In this document: positions 23,160-36,460 of the stretch, in pieces
Layout: each line of letters begins with the position of its first letter
Position numbering within the stretch: the first letter of the stretch is position 1
Assembly: GCF_001194135.2 (NCBI RefSeq)
Contig: NC_068999.1
Coordinates: forward strand, 14,729,727 to 14,769,327
Direction of reading: 5' to 3'
Source of the DNA: Octopus bimaculoides
Lineage: Eukaryota
Length of the DNA stretch: 39,601 bases
The notes under the pieces: model-generated
What the model was told of the DNA's origin: nothing
What the model saw: only the letters and a program-made list of their open reading frames with translations
Databases searched by the model: none
Program-made: the position numbers and the translations under genes

Positions 23160-23469
23160 TAATATATATATATATATATATACATTCATTTCCTCCTACT
23201 CAGTGAAATGAGGACTCATTGCGCAATATATTTCTGTAACCAATGTCGGATCCGTTGATTAAGATGTTAAGGTATTTTCTGTGCAAATGCGGTAATAATT
23301 ATATATACATGTATATATATAAATGCGTGTGTAAGTTTGTGAAGGAGCGGGTGTGTGTGTAGAGAGAGAGAATGAGAGGGGCAAGAAAGATTATAGGCAC
23401 AGAGATAGGTAGATAAATAGATAGATAGACGTACATATATACAAATACATATATACATACATATATACG

Positions 23470-23517
<48 letters not shown>

Positions 23518-23518
23518 C

Positions 23519-23549
<31 letters not shown>

Positions 23550-24084
23550 CATGTATGTATACAGACGCACATGCACTCACACATATCCGACTATGTGTTA
23601 GTCTATGAACAACTTCCATGCGATTCTTCAAAATGTTCAACAAATACGCCTTCGTAGCAATCGGTGACATTTTTTAAAATTAATTCTTACGAAAGATAAT
23701 TTTACTTTTGCATTGTATCGTATTTGATTGTGTATGTATATCTATATGTGTACGTATAAACATGTAGGTAACTTTACATTTATATGTCTATGCAAATATA
23801 TTTGTACTTTGGGTGTTCGTGTAAATTTTCAACATTATTTTATGTATAAATCGATCTAGCTTCGCGTTTTAGTTTTTCTTCTTACGAGAATTTACTTCAT
23901 ATGGTATGTCAGTATTCTTGTGTTCCTTGTGGGTGTGTCTTGTCGTGCGGATTCTGTGTGTGTTTTGATATATGTATGCTTAAATTTTATTTCATTCGTG
24001 AAATTCTAACTTAATAAAAGCTTACTTATATAAGTCTATTAATCATATTGTCTTACTTTGGTTATTTTGCTTTGGGCAATAAAA

Positions 24085-24560
24085 AAAGCTATACCAGATT
24101 ATTGAATCTATAGTAAAAATGTTACATTCAACAATATTTATCAGACATAACACCATTGGAGTAATATCTTATTATGCAAAATACAATTATATGAGTTTCC
24201 ATTGAAGACAGATAAGTGAATGAAAATTTAATAATAGATTGGCATCTTTGTCTAGATCTCAAGAATTATGTAAGAAGTGTTTTTGTTGATTTTTTTAAAG
24301 AAACATATATCAAAAAGTATATTGTTCCCAATTTCAAGCCTGACGTAGCAATTTTGGATCGTATAATATTGTTTACACGAACGTGCTTCACTGGCATTTA
24401 CGACAGAAATTTATCAATTGTATTATTTGCAAGGCAAGTTTTAGATTGGAATTAACCACCGTTAATATAGATACCATGGAGATGATTTTCGATCTTCCGA
24501 TTGAACCAGAGGCTAGAATTTGCAATAGTTCCTTCATATTTCTTATCAAATATGCTAGTG
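24085..24560 (+). mobile_element. Highly decayed CR1/L2-type LINE reverse-transcriptase remnant (may extend to about 25330)
   Basis: Frames read ..IIESIVK.. and LIIDWHLCLDLKNYVRSVFVDFFK, resembling the K.LE.IV and W..ALD....V..VF.DF.KAFD motifs of CR1/L2 RTs. There are many stops and frameshifts. Confidence 0.5.
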
Positions 24561-25734
24561 GCAAGTTCTCACAAAAGTGTCTCGGTTCTTCCGTGATAAG
24601 TCAGATGCTTACTTTCAAAGACAGAGTCAATATTATATATCAAAAGCACCCTGTCAGGCACGTTAACAATTCCGACTCTTTAGCATCGGTGTAAGGAAAA
24701 TGTCGGTTAGATAGTATTATAATATTTAGCTGAGTATCAATTGCCTAATTCAGATCATTAGAATCTTTTGATATGTTAGACAGTCAAGTGATAGTCTTTG
24801 ATCCTTAATGTTTGGCGACTCAGTAACATCGACCAATTTAGTAACTAGGTTTGTTGTTCGAATGATGTGAAGTAACGAGCCTGAAAGTTAAGTTCCCATA
24901 TTACACATAGGTATACGATATAATTCTAGCTAATTACCGGTTGTACGCAATGATATTACGCATAGGGGAAATTGTCTCACAATGGGAACCTAACTTATTG
25001 GTTATTGTTAAATATTTATTTGTACATCAGGTATAACAATTTCTTTTCTGGGATATCAGGAATCAAGTTGTTCAAGCGTGTTAATGAGAGATTGGATCAG
25101 CTTACTTGTTGACGCGTAGTGCCAACTTTTTGGATCAGTGGTTTTAAATAAGATGTTAGAGGAATTATTACGGATGCAGCATGGTGTTTTAGACAATTCC
25201 CGAAGATTCAGGTTGAAAGGAAACAGAGTTTACGACAAATCTGTACATTTGAACGTTTATGTCCTGTTAAAATTATTTGTTCTTAAGACACTACAGCGTC
25301 TCGGGTTGAAATTGTACAATGTAAGTGTGTCTCCATAGAACACCATATCAAAGAATCAGGAACTTCTTACGGAATAGATGAGAGGGGAACGAATCTTGCA
25401 GGACGTTATTAATAAGAGATGTCGTTGTTACTGATCATGAGAAAATTCCTGTTTCTTGACGAGATAGTAATTAAGGAAGAAGTAATTGAAACAGATATCT
25501 GCTTACTGATGAAGTGAACGTGTCCACCATAGGTTGTATATATGCATATCGACATATATCGAGTATAGAACATATATGTATAAACTTGAGTGTAAGATTG
25601 ATTGTACATGTATATATANNNNNNNNNNNNNNNNNNNNNNNNNNNNNNNNNNNNNNNNNNNNNNNNNNNNNNNNNNNNNATATATACATGTGTGTGTGTG
25701 TGTGTGTTTGTGTGTGTGTGTATGTGTGTGTGTA

Positions 25735-25925
25735 AGGCCAGCAATTTCCGAGAAGGGATAAGTCAATTACATCAACAACAGTACTCAACTGCTACTTATT
25801 TCATGGGCCCCCAAAAGGATAAAGTCGACCTGGGTGGAATTTGAACTCAGAACACAAAGACGGACAAAATGCCGGTAAGCATTTTGCCGGCCGTTTTAAG
25901 GATTCTAGCAGATTGCAGCTTTATA
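25735..25925 (-). mobile_element. SINE family B copy
   Basis: aaggccagcaattt...aaagtcgacctgggtggaatttgaactcagaac..aaagacggacaaaatgccggtaagcattttgcc matches the reverse complement of 16476-16672. Confidence 0.88.
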
Positions 25926-26151
25926 ATAAGGTAATATATTAACATGCATGGGTGGGCTGTGTATGTTTGGTCAACTTCCTTAGTTAGAAGCCATAAAAAT
26001 ATCATGTACGATTTCCTGTGCATATTTCAATGCAATATTCCTTGCAGAGTCTCCTGTCTTCGGAGGAAAGTTTCTACTTGTCAATTTTAATTTGGATTTA
26101 TGAATTTTGGAATAAATCTTTCAGAATTTATGAAACACTACAACTACTTAC

Positions 26152-26186
26152 TGGCATTTTGCCATAAATATTAGTATTTAGTTTTT
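26152..26186 (-). other. Candidate 35-nt exon (unassigned gene)
   Basis: The minus strand reads cctaacatctaatatctttatttcag|AAAAACTAAATACTAATATTTATGGCAAAATGCCA|gtaagt. One open frame gives (E)KLNTNIYGKMP. No homology recognised. Confidence 0.22.
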
Positions 26187-27773
26187 CTGAAATAAAGATA
26201 TTAGATGTTAGGCTATATCAAATTATAAATGTAGAAGTTACCGTGTATTAGATTCACCGTACTTGTGCACTCACTGTGCTGAATCTCCTAAACATGTAAA
26301 TATGTTAAGTTGAAGCTATGATTCCCTTTTGAAAGGAGTTATTAATATCATTCCTTAAGGTCTTGATCTTCTAAGATCAATCTTTGCTCCATAAGACACT
26401 ATAAAGAATGTTCTAATTGTAAATGAATATCGTATTGTACTGTCCGATGTTCCCAAATCAGCCGAGAATTGTAAACAAAAAACAACTTTTAACATATCTC
26501 TAGTATTCTCACATATTTTCGCTATTCCTGATTATAATAAACGTAAATAATTATTTACGTAGCGCTTTAGCTATTATTACGCTGATTCAACTCGGAGGGT
26601 TGCAAGTTCAAATTCCTCAAATGGTTTAAGTTTCGTTAAAATGGAGCCATAACATTATTATATTGTAAACTTCAATCTTCAATGACAAATATATATATAT
26701 TACCCAAGCATAAACATCCCTAATTCTTAAAGAGCAATATAGTGAAATTATCACATTCAACAAAGCAGCAGTTAGCTAGGAAAATAGTTTTCTCTAAAAT
26801 TGAAATAAAAAAATATATAAAATCATATATGTTTATATAATGGCGAGTAGAGATTAATAGTTTTTGCATTATTCGTATATTTGATGCTGGGAAAATATTG
26901 CATATACGTATTCTATAAAAATGGTCCATAATAATCAAGGCTAATATTGCTTGAAGTGCCAAAAACTACAAGAGAAATTATATACTATGTATCTACATAT
27001 TTCTTCAAAAAAAAAAAAAAACGGACATAATTTCCTTCACCGTGGTAGGTTCGAGTATTGAAGTGGTTTGATATACCATGCTTGCATTGTAAAGAACAGA
27101 AAATGAATGTGTCATAAGATTTTTATAGTATGGAGGTGCTAATCATGATATTTGCAAGAAAAAGGAACCCACATAAACAGTTTTAAGTGCGTAGGCTACT
27201 AGGGGATGAAATACTTAAAGCTGTCCTGCTTTGCTTTCCGAATCATCACTGAGACAACTGTGTACTTACAGATATATGCATGTATATATGAATAAATGTT
27301 GCCAAAATGAAATATGTATACAAAAATAGAGGAAGCAAGCTAAATCTAACATATAAGAATAATTGTTGGCCTAAATACACGTCCTAATGACAATTCATTT
27401 CCACAATAATATGTTAGCGAGAAGAAAATAATCGCAAAACGACACTCGTGCGAAATATTTGCACTATTTCTTACGTTGCCAATAGGAAATTGAAGCTACG
27501 TCAACAAATGTCATCAGTTCAGACTTTCTCAATAAAAGAAATCAGTTAAAAACCAAACATTGAGATATACGAGTAGAGTTGGGAAAAAAGCTGCAATTTG
27601 ATGTATTGGACAGTAATTTGCAGATACAAATGAAAGCAGCTGCCTTCTAGAAAAGAAGAGTTGCATAGACACAAGCAACGGTCTTAAACGTGTTAAATAG
27701 AAATACACGTGATTCTTAAGTCGCACGTATGTTATTATATACACGTGCCTGTGTGCGTATATATGTATATACG

Positions 27774-27809
<36 letters not shown>

Positions 27810-27959
27810 NNNNNNNNNNNNNNNNNNNNNNNNNNNNNNNNNNNNNNNNNNNNNNNNNNNNNNNNNNNNNNNNNNNNNNNNNNNNNNNNNNNNNNNNNNN
27901 NNNNNNNNNNNNNNNNNNNNNNNNNNNNNNTGTGTGTGTATGTGTGTGTGTGTGTGTGT

Positions 27960-29043
27960 TAATCAACGGAAACATGTATATTGGAAAAGCATTCGATGCA
28001 ACAAACAATATAGCTAACACCTTCCGGAATTGGCGAAGTAAAGAAAACCCAATCCTGGCCAGAAAATATCTTATTAAATATATAAAAAATTGAATCACTG
28101 GAAGAGACAGCAATACGTGCGGATTTAGCTTTATACAGACTAGAAACCTATGTTCCACAATACGTAACACTGCAAATAGCCAACACATGAAATATAGAAG
28201 CCAAACATCAACCCATAATTTCAGACACCGAAAATGGATAAATAAAAAGACATGAAACAAGACATGAAACAAGACATGAAACACAAATAACATACAGACA
28301 ACCACCAACCTGTAATAATATGTACCCTAGATGGATGAATACGTGGGAAGAAAGACAGATAATATACGGACGTCTCACGTACTATAATACGAATAATAAT
28401 CATCATCATAACTCAAGTAAACCACGATTTACGATAAAAAATCCCATATATCCAAAAAAGCGTGGAAGATGGGTAGAAAAATCTTATAACCAACGGAATT
28501 CATATGAAAAGCCATGAACCATCCTCTTACCTACATGGGAACCAGAACGCCGAAAGGAGAAAATGGAGTCACGGTAACACATTTCCTTTTTTAAGGGAGA
28601 AAATATCAAAACACGCATCGCACTCGATGAAACACAAAATTCAAATGAACATGCAAAACATACAGACACGAAGATCATAAATTTGTCAAATAGAAACCTC
28701 AACAAGAATGAGATGAACTTCCTATTAAAAGGTTTGAAGTTTGTCCCGACACCCACTCCTAATCTCCTTGAACTGAAATCTGATATTGAGCACCACACCA
28801 CCATCTCCGACTTATAGAATTCTTCAGCAGTAAGGATTTAAATGATGAATCAATAGTCAGAAAGAAATCCTACTTCACCCCCTACAAGGGAAAGCACAAA
28901 CATATAGGCACGTAAATAGGAAGAATGAAAACTCAGTCGTCCTAAGAGAAGCTGATAAGGGAGGGGCGATAGTAATCTTGGACAAGGGCTATTATAAAGA
29001 TAAAATATTGGAAATGTTAACAAACCAAACCTACTACAAAGAA
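27960..29043 (+). mobile_element. Penelope-like element ORF remnant (N-terminal/pre-RT region), internally deleted and 3'-truncated
   Basis: From 28668 it reads TKIINLSNRNLNKNEMNFLLKGLKFVPTP; from 28924, NENSVVLREADKGGAIVILDKGYYKDKILEMLTNQTYYKE. These match the INLS..L...E..LL.KGL.F.PTP and ADKG...V.. motifs of PLE ORFs. The 5' boundary is approximate. Confidence 0.8.
28247..28282. repeat. 12-bp tandem repeat (AAGACATGAAAC)x3 inside the PLE remnant
   Basis: Directly visible. Confidence 0.9.
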
Positions 29044-29045
29044 CC

Positions 29046-29790
29046 AAGACAGTCAGGAAAAAAACATCGAAGAGCCGAGAATATGCACTGTTCATTGACT
29101 TCGTTTTCTGTTGAAGAGAGACTTGGATACGAGATAGTGCAGCTAAAACATCACCATACTAAATTTGGTACACCTTCGTTTAGAGGGGTTTTATATGGAT
29201 TTAAGGAGCCACGTGTTAAGGAAGCTTCCATCATAATGGTACCTAATATTAATTCTGTCTTTCTCGGTGAACCGTCTCCGAAATGATGCATTCCATCCAA
29301 CAGATAAACGTTAAAGGTGTTCCGACGTTTCACCATTGACTGTCACTACAGTTGCATACTGTCATGAAGAGACTTTTTGACGATGGAAAGAAATGTGGAC
29401 AGAAGGACATCTGAAGTAGGCGTCACAATGTTGGACTGTTAACTGTATCAAAAGCCTTTCTTAAGTCGATGAATGTGTAACATCTCACTTGCCCTCTCTC
29501 TCTCTTTCTCTCCCTCTCTCTCTCTTTCTCTCCCTCTCTCTATCTTTCTCTCCCTCTCTCTCTCNNNNNNNNNNCCCTCTCTCTCTCTTTCTCTCCCTCT
29601 CTCTCTCTTTCTCTCCCTCTCTCTCTCTTTCTTTCCCTCTCTCTCTCCCGCCTTCTCTCTATCTATCTCTCTGTGCTGCTAATGACACATTTCAAGGGAA
29701 AGACGGGCTACAATTAACATGTCAGAAGTACATCTTCTGGTCGAAATCCATATTGAGACTTAGGCATATCCACATTGACGACTTAAAAAG
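29046..29790 (-). mobile_element. RTE-clade LINE reverse-transcriptase remnant interrupted by a CT repeat
   Basis: The minus strand reads DMPKSQYGFRP/RCTSDMLIVARLSLEMCH*QHR-[repeat]-RCYTFIDLRKAFDTVNSPTL*RLLQ...LHDSMQ, and later YGDVLAAL...LQ (YADD-equivalent). The order is colinear with RTE RT motifs. Confidence 0.8.
29486..29672. repeat. Homopyrimidine (CT) repeat with a 20-bp higher-order unit TCCCTCTCTCTCTCTTTCTC
   Basis: Periodic ccc and ttt variants recur every 20 nt on both sides of the 10-N gap. Confidence 0.92.
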
Positions 29791-30366
29791 ATGCTATACA
29801 TACAAAGGTCATTTAAGAATATTAATGTCTTTGTTGCCCTGTTAATATTCTGCCCGAAGATAAAATTTTCCTTTAATCCCCTAATGTACTTGAAGACTAA
29901 TGTTCTGTATTGTATATCTACAGATCTGAAACAGTGCATTTTGTTTATGATTGCACTTACATATTCTTTCCTTGAGCATTATCTAGCACTTTGTATTGTG
30001 ATTTTTATAGAGAGCGTTTCGTGCAATTTTCAATAAATAAAGTGCACTTGAAGGTATTTACAGTTTAGAAGCTAAGCGTTCCTGGTGAGATAATTGCATT
30101 TGGTAACAAATATTGTGTTACTATTTTCTTACATTTTATTTTATATCTAAAGGAGATGTGAATTTGTACTTATAACACAAATGAATTCTACTCGTCCTTT
30201 CTCCTGACTTCCAGGAATGTATACATTAAATTTAGAAAGTAATTAGCAATATAGAAAGACATATTAACAGCATGACATTCATTCGAATATACAGTATTTT
30301 ATACAGGTAGATGTTTAAAAGTTTCAGTGAACACGCTTCTGCTTCAAAACTTTGGATATAAAGTCA

Positions 30367-30418
30367 CAAAACAACCTACAACCACATAAGTCCAAAACAA
30401 CCTACAACCACATAATCC
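30367..30418. repeat. 26-bp tandem duplication (CAAAACAACCTACAACCACATAA core) x2
   Basis: Directly visible. Confidence 0.9.
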
Positions 30419-32094
30419 GAAAATGTTCAGTGAGTTTACTTACTGATGTTACCTCATAAATTCATTGGAATACCAAGAATTTGTGAAAATAAAACATATC
30501 TTCTTTAGGCACTCTAATATTAAAAATACATACCAGAAGTTTAGTGCCATTAAATCTTATTTTGGTTGTACAAATTATAAATGTTAATACACCATATATT
30601 TTATAGTAGCATTGCCACCAATACATTTCATCATCAGTTGTTTCCCCACAGCACCGTTTCACCTTAAGTGAATCGTAGGTGGATGCGAGGTTTCATTTGT
30701 GGTATCTAAATTTACAATTATAGTAAATCTGCCGAGGGATCTTTTGATTAAAACCAAATCACGAAAAAAAAAAAAAAATGTGAAATTCTTAAATGTCAAG
30801 CCGTAATTGTATAGTTTCATTTTCATGTATTCTATTAAAATAATTTTCCCGAGAAATTGAAAAAAAATTATATATATGTATTTATGAAAGTAAATGTATT
30901 CTTGTGGAATCTATCTAATCCAATGCGTCTGTTGCTAATTGTTTTGTTGTGTGTTTTTATGTTAGTAACAGGTGTATATTCATTTCATTGGACAGAAGTT
31001 AATTGATTATATTCTATGATATTAGGTTGACATTTTCCCTAAAAGAATTTTCCTAATTTACTTCTTAAGTTTATCTCGACGAAACGTCGTAACAAATTCA
31101 GTGTTCCCTATATTGTCAATTGAATATCTGTTGAGATAACCTTAACAAGTGATGTAATAGCACTGCTAAAGCTAGCACACTGTATTGACTTATAAAATGC
31201 TTTATATAGTTTGTAGTATATTATGATTGCATAAGATAATACCGTGTCCCTACAGATCATTAATATGTCTTACTTTATTTCCAGCCTGTATAAATGTCAT
31301 TGCAATGTAATTGAGATAAAACTGCCCCCTATCTTCAGTAACGTATTCTGTAAAGTGTTAGCATATTTCATGAATTTTAGCCTCTTTACCATACTGAAAT
31401 GATTCCACATTCCGACTACGAGTCTATACAAATAAGAGAGATGACGTATTATATTATAATTTGATAAATGCGATTGGTGACAAATGTTGACGCTTAAATC
31501 ACTTTGAATCTAATAAGAAATATATGGTCTATATTGTATGAGCTGAATTTTGTTTTCCCAATTTGTACGTTAAAGTCATCTCACCGCTATTAATTTGGAG
31601 ACAATGATCTACCACTAACAATGCTGTGATATTGGTAACACAGCATGACACACTACTGATATTAAACATTTGTTTACTATCCGACCTTATCAAAAATTGT
31701 TTATCTGAGGTACTTTCAAGCTGACTTCTGTGGTTTTATTTTAAGATTTCTCTCCTGCTATTTGTAACTTTTGTTTGATTTTCTTTTCCTTATTTGCCTT
31801 TGTGCTTTTCGTTTTACTGGTTACCTGCCTTTTATATGGTGCTCTGATCAGCTAACCCCTACAATCAAATTGCTCGCTCAGCATGCATATCGTGACTTTT
31901 TATGGTTCAATATGTGTTCTGAGAAAATATAAAACTGTTGGGTAAGTTTTCATTGAGAACGTGTTCTATATATGTCTGTGGTAGAAACATTAACATCAAC
32001 AGGTTAATATCGGTTTATAATTGTATACAATTTATGTATATGCATTAACTTTATATTAGCTTCAAATTTAAGCAGAAGAACACCTATTTTGGTG

Positions 32095-32260
32095 AAGAGG
32101 CTAAGTCGATTACATGGACTTCAATGCTCAACTGGTAATTATTTTATAGCCACGGAAGAATGAAAAGCAAAGCTGCCTCCGGTGAGTTTGAAGTCAGAAG
32201 CAAAGGAGGAAATGCCGCTGAGCATTTCGCCCGGCATGCTAACGATTCTGCCAAAGCAGC
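32095..32260 (-). mobile_element. SINE family B copy
   Basis: aagtcgattacat...caactggtaattatttt...gaatgaaaagcaaag...tttgaagtcagaag..gaaatgccgctgagcatttcgcccggcatgctaacgattctgcca. Confidence 0.85.
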
Positions 32261-35200
32261 GATCTTGTTGCTGAACACGAAGTTATCGACAGTTTTCCAA
32301 TCGAAAGTAATAACATTTCCAAAGAATACGCCTGATAAATATATTTATTCTAATATATACAGTTTTAGTTGTATGTATGCGTATATATATATACATATAT
32401 CTATGCGTATATATATATATACATATATTATATATCACAATAAGAATGTTTGTCATTATTGATTAAGATTTGTGTAGCATAGCATTTACTTTTTTTTTGT
32501 TTTGTTTTGTTTTANNNNNNNNNNNNNNNNNNNNNNNNNNNNNNNNNNNNNNNNNNNNNNNNNNNNNNNNNNNNNNNNNNNNNNNNNNNNNNNNNNNNNN
32601 NNNNNNNNNNNNNNNNNNNNNNNNNNNNNNNNNNNNNNNNNNNNNNNNNNNNNNNNNNNNNNNNNNNNNNNNNNNNNNNNNNNNNNNNNNNNNNNNNNNN
32701 NNNNNNNNNNNNNNNNNNNNNNNNNNNNNNNNNNNNNNNNNNNNNNNNNNNNNNNNNNNNNNNNTATATATATATATATATATATATGCATCGTGATTTA
32801 AATCTAATTGTTGATATTGCTGATGTTCAAAGGAAATGGGAATTGAAACTCTTTATTGAAATAAATTTTGTTTGTTCAACGTCAATATCCACAGGGGATC
32901 TGAAGAAGGAAACTGTTTACGAACGAGAGGAAATGTATCATTATGTGTATAAACACAAAAAGTAATCACATGATTCTATAGCAGAACAAATGAAAGCTAA
33001 CACAACATTTATATAATAGGCACGGGAAGTTTCATTTTTAAGAGGCAACAGGGTGATATTGCTACCTAAACATAACAAGAATGTTGTAAGTTTAACTACA
33101 TTTTTAAATGTAAAATAAGAATATGATATACAACATGTATAGTCTCAATCATTTCATGAGCTCTTGGTGGTTTATGTATTGTGCGTCAATAATTGAACAC
33201 ATATTAAACCTTCTGTAGAATTGAAGACTAAAACCAGTTCAGAATATCGAAGGTTGCACAGACAGCTCAATAAAATATGCATCGTTTGGTTTATTAGCTT
33301 CATTTCAACCGTTAGTGAAATCGTAGCTGTTTTTTTGACGTTTATCAACTACATTTCGCCACTGTACGGAATCGCTACCAAATGAATATGGCATTTCAAT
33401 AAAACGAAAAATCCACATGTGTCTAAGTGAAAAGACATCATTTTTAACAGTCTATATATAACCATTAATAACCCCCAAAGTAATTCATATTATTGACAGT
33501 TTCATGAATTCTTGATAATGGATGTCCGTTGAAAATTAATTACAGAATAATTATTTCTACAAGTGACTGATTCCTTAAGATGCTTGATTAATCAATGCCT
33601 AATTAGGACAAAAAATGTGTAATGAAAATAGAAGACGTATTTCGATACCAATTAGGACATGCACGTCAATTAGAATAACATATTTAAGAACTAATATATT
33701 TCGTTTAAAAATGTGAACTGAAACAGGATTTTTGTTTTATATTTTTACTTTTTACTGATTGTATATAATTAATATCTCACTTCTGTCTGCGAGTAATGTC
33801 TGTATCTGAAACAGAAAATGAAGTTATCAATTTAGAAATCAATAAAAAAGTTACAAGCATGAAACAAAAAAATGTTTATTTTCATTGGATAAAAAATTTG
33901 ATATATGATATGCACTTATATATTGGTGATGTGAAATAGTGCATGCATGTTTTGTTAATAACTAGTTTTAGTGGTAACAACATCAGTGAGATATTTCGTC
34001 TGGTCTTAAAGTTTATTATTAGTTCAAACACCGCCGATATGATATTGCCAACGTGCCTTTCTAGATCGATGGAATAATTAGCTTTTGACCTTTGATATTG
34101 ATATTGATATACTTACATCCTGCCCCCAACATTGCTTGCTCTGAGCAAAAACTTGAACCTATTCTCAATGGAGTTTTCAGGTTTGAATTTCCATCTCCTC
34201 TTCTGGATGTCAATTGCTTCCGTTTAATATGCTTATTTTTTATCGAACAAAGGCAACGACATTCACATACACACGCGCGCGCAAGCACACACACACGCGC
34301 GCGCAAGCACACACACACGCACGCATGCACATAGATATTCGCACACATACACGCGCGTGCATATTTACAAGCACACTTATTCACAGACCTACATGCACAA
34401 ATAAACTAACATACAATCACACACTCATAATCACACACACACATGAAAACACACACACATATATATATANNNNNNNNNNNNNNNNNNNNNNNNNNNNNNN
34501 NNNNNNNNNNNNNNNNNNNNNNNNNNNNNNNNNNNNNNNNNNNNNNNNNNNNNNNNNNNNNNNNNNNNNNNNNNNNNNNNNNNNNNNNNNNNNNNNNNNN
34601 NNNNNNNNNNNNNNNNNNNNNNNNNNNNNNNNNNNNNNNNNNNNNNNNNNNNNNNNNNNNNNNNNNNNNNNNNNNNNNNNNNNNNNNNNNNNNNNNNNNN
34701 NNNNNNNNNNNNNNNNNNNNNNNNNNNNNNNNNNNNNNNNTATATATATATATACATTTGTCCAAAGCTAAAATGTATAAAAATGAATCGAGTGAGTTAT
34801 GAAGTAAGGACACAAATAAGCGAATAGTAAACAATGATACACAAGGAAATACGTGGCAGACAATGCATAGATGTACGAAATTAAAACATTAACCGTCAAG
34901 GATTGTTCACAGTATATATAAATAAAAGAATGAAAGCAAATTTAAGGATTTCAAAGACAAGATGATAACGCAGAATGAAACGATATGAGACCTAACAGAA
35001 AATACATATTAACTCTATTGATCTTATGACGGCTGTATACATTAAGCTACGAGAATATATACACGCCGTGCATTCAATGTTGCAAACAGTAATAGTTCCT
35101 TTTAAAATGCTTGAATTTTCTCTACTTACGTAAATTGCATCAAACAAACATTTAAACGTATACCTTTATTGTCATCAAGTATATTTATTCAGGATACGCC

Positions 35201-35389
35201 TCCTCTAATTCTTCATATTTTTTCCTATATTATAGCTTTCGTAACATAGATGTTAGCTCTTTAAATCCATACGTAATATTTTTGCTCCTTCTCTCCTCAT
35301 TTAATTTCCCCGCTTCATTTGTGCATTTTGTATGTATCAATTGATGTATTTATTCATGTATAAGTACACAAGCATACATGTGTGTGTTC

Positions 35390-35421
<32 letters not shown>

Positions 35422-36314
35422 TGTGTGTGTGTGTGTATGTTTGAATGTCTGTTTGTATCTGTATGTATGCTTTTGTGTGTCGTGAACTTTACCGAGTGCA
35501 GATATATATNNNNNNNNNNNNNNNNNNNNNNNNNNATATATATATATTAATAAAAAAACGAAGCGTACAAAAGTGAAAATTAAAAATTTATAAACAATTA
35601 CAAATAGCTTGAGACTAAAACAAATGTCTCCTGTGAAGGAACAAAATGGAAATGATAATAAGATTAACCATATTCAATAAAATAAGATCGTACTGAATCA
35701 CAGTTTTGTTCATTTCTCCAGCGGCAATATCTCGTATCATGATAAAAACGACATGACGCTAGCTGTCTAGACAAATCTCCCTTCTGGTCGATACACTCAC
35801 ATCTATCACGCGGTGATAGATTTGAACAAACAATCAAACAGATATCAAAACGCACCGAAGTTAGTTGTTTTGCGTCGGTCGATCTAACGCTCGGTTTAGA
35901 AGTTTGTGGATACAGCTTCATACCAGTGAATCATTAGGGAAAATATCTATAAGCAATACGATAAATATGTACTCGGCTGAGTACGTCATAATTCTTCATA
36001 ATTGAAGTAGTCTACAAATAGATTCTGAATCTGCGAGAGAAGTAAAGCTCTCTAAAATATTCCTGTCTCTGACAGCAAATCCTACTCCCACATCTGCAAA
36101 TCAGCGATAGAAGATATTATTTTCTAAAGAATTAACACAGACTTGATGACACAAGCATAAAATCTCCGTCTACAGATACTAAATTCAGATTAATATATTA
36201 AAATGTTAGATCGCCAAATCAAATAAACATCAAGTAGTTGCTCCCATTCTTTTTGGCTAGAACCAACTCCTTTTTTTCTTTCACTTGTTTCTCTCCTTAG
36301 ACTGTGCTTAAGCA

Positions 36315-36460
36315 GGGGCATCACCTTCAAGGAGCCAAGGTCCTAATAATTTTAAGCCTGGTATCTATGCAATTAGTCTGTTTGTGCAGAACCGCTAAGT
36401 TGCGGTGACGTAAATCGACCAACACCTGTCTTCACGCGAGGAGCAAAGCAAAGACACTGT
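36315..36460 (-). mobile_element. SINE family A right-half fragment, diverged
   Basis: gaaccgctaagttgcggtgacgtaaa matches the reverse complement of the tttatgtccctgtaacttagcggttc segment of the copy at 22593-23159. Confidence 0.65.

Noticed and set aside
35801-35821. Perfect 9-bp palindrome ATCTATCAC-gcg-GTGATAGAT
   Set aside because: Roughly one such hairpin is expected by chance in a window of this size and composition.
35664-35940. 85-aa Cys-containing minus ORF overlapping a 64-codon open plus frame
   Set aside because: No recognisable domain and no convincing splice-site pair; ORFs of this size arise by chance in locally GC-richer DNA.
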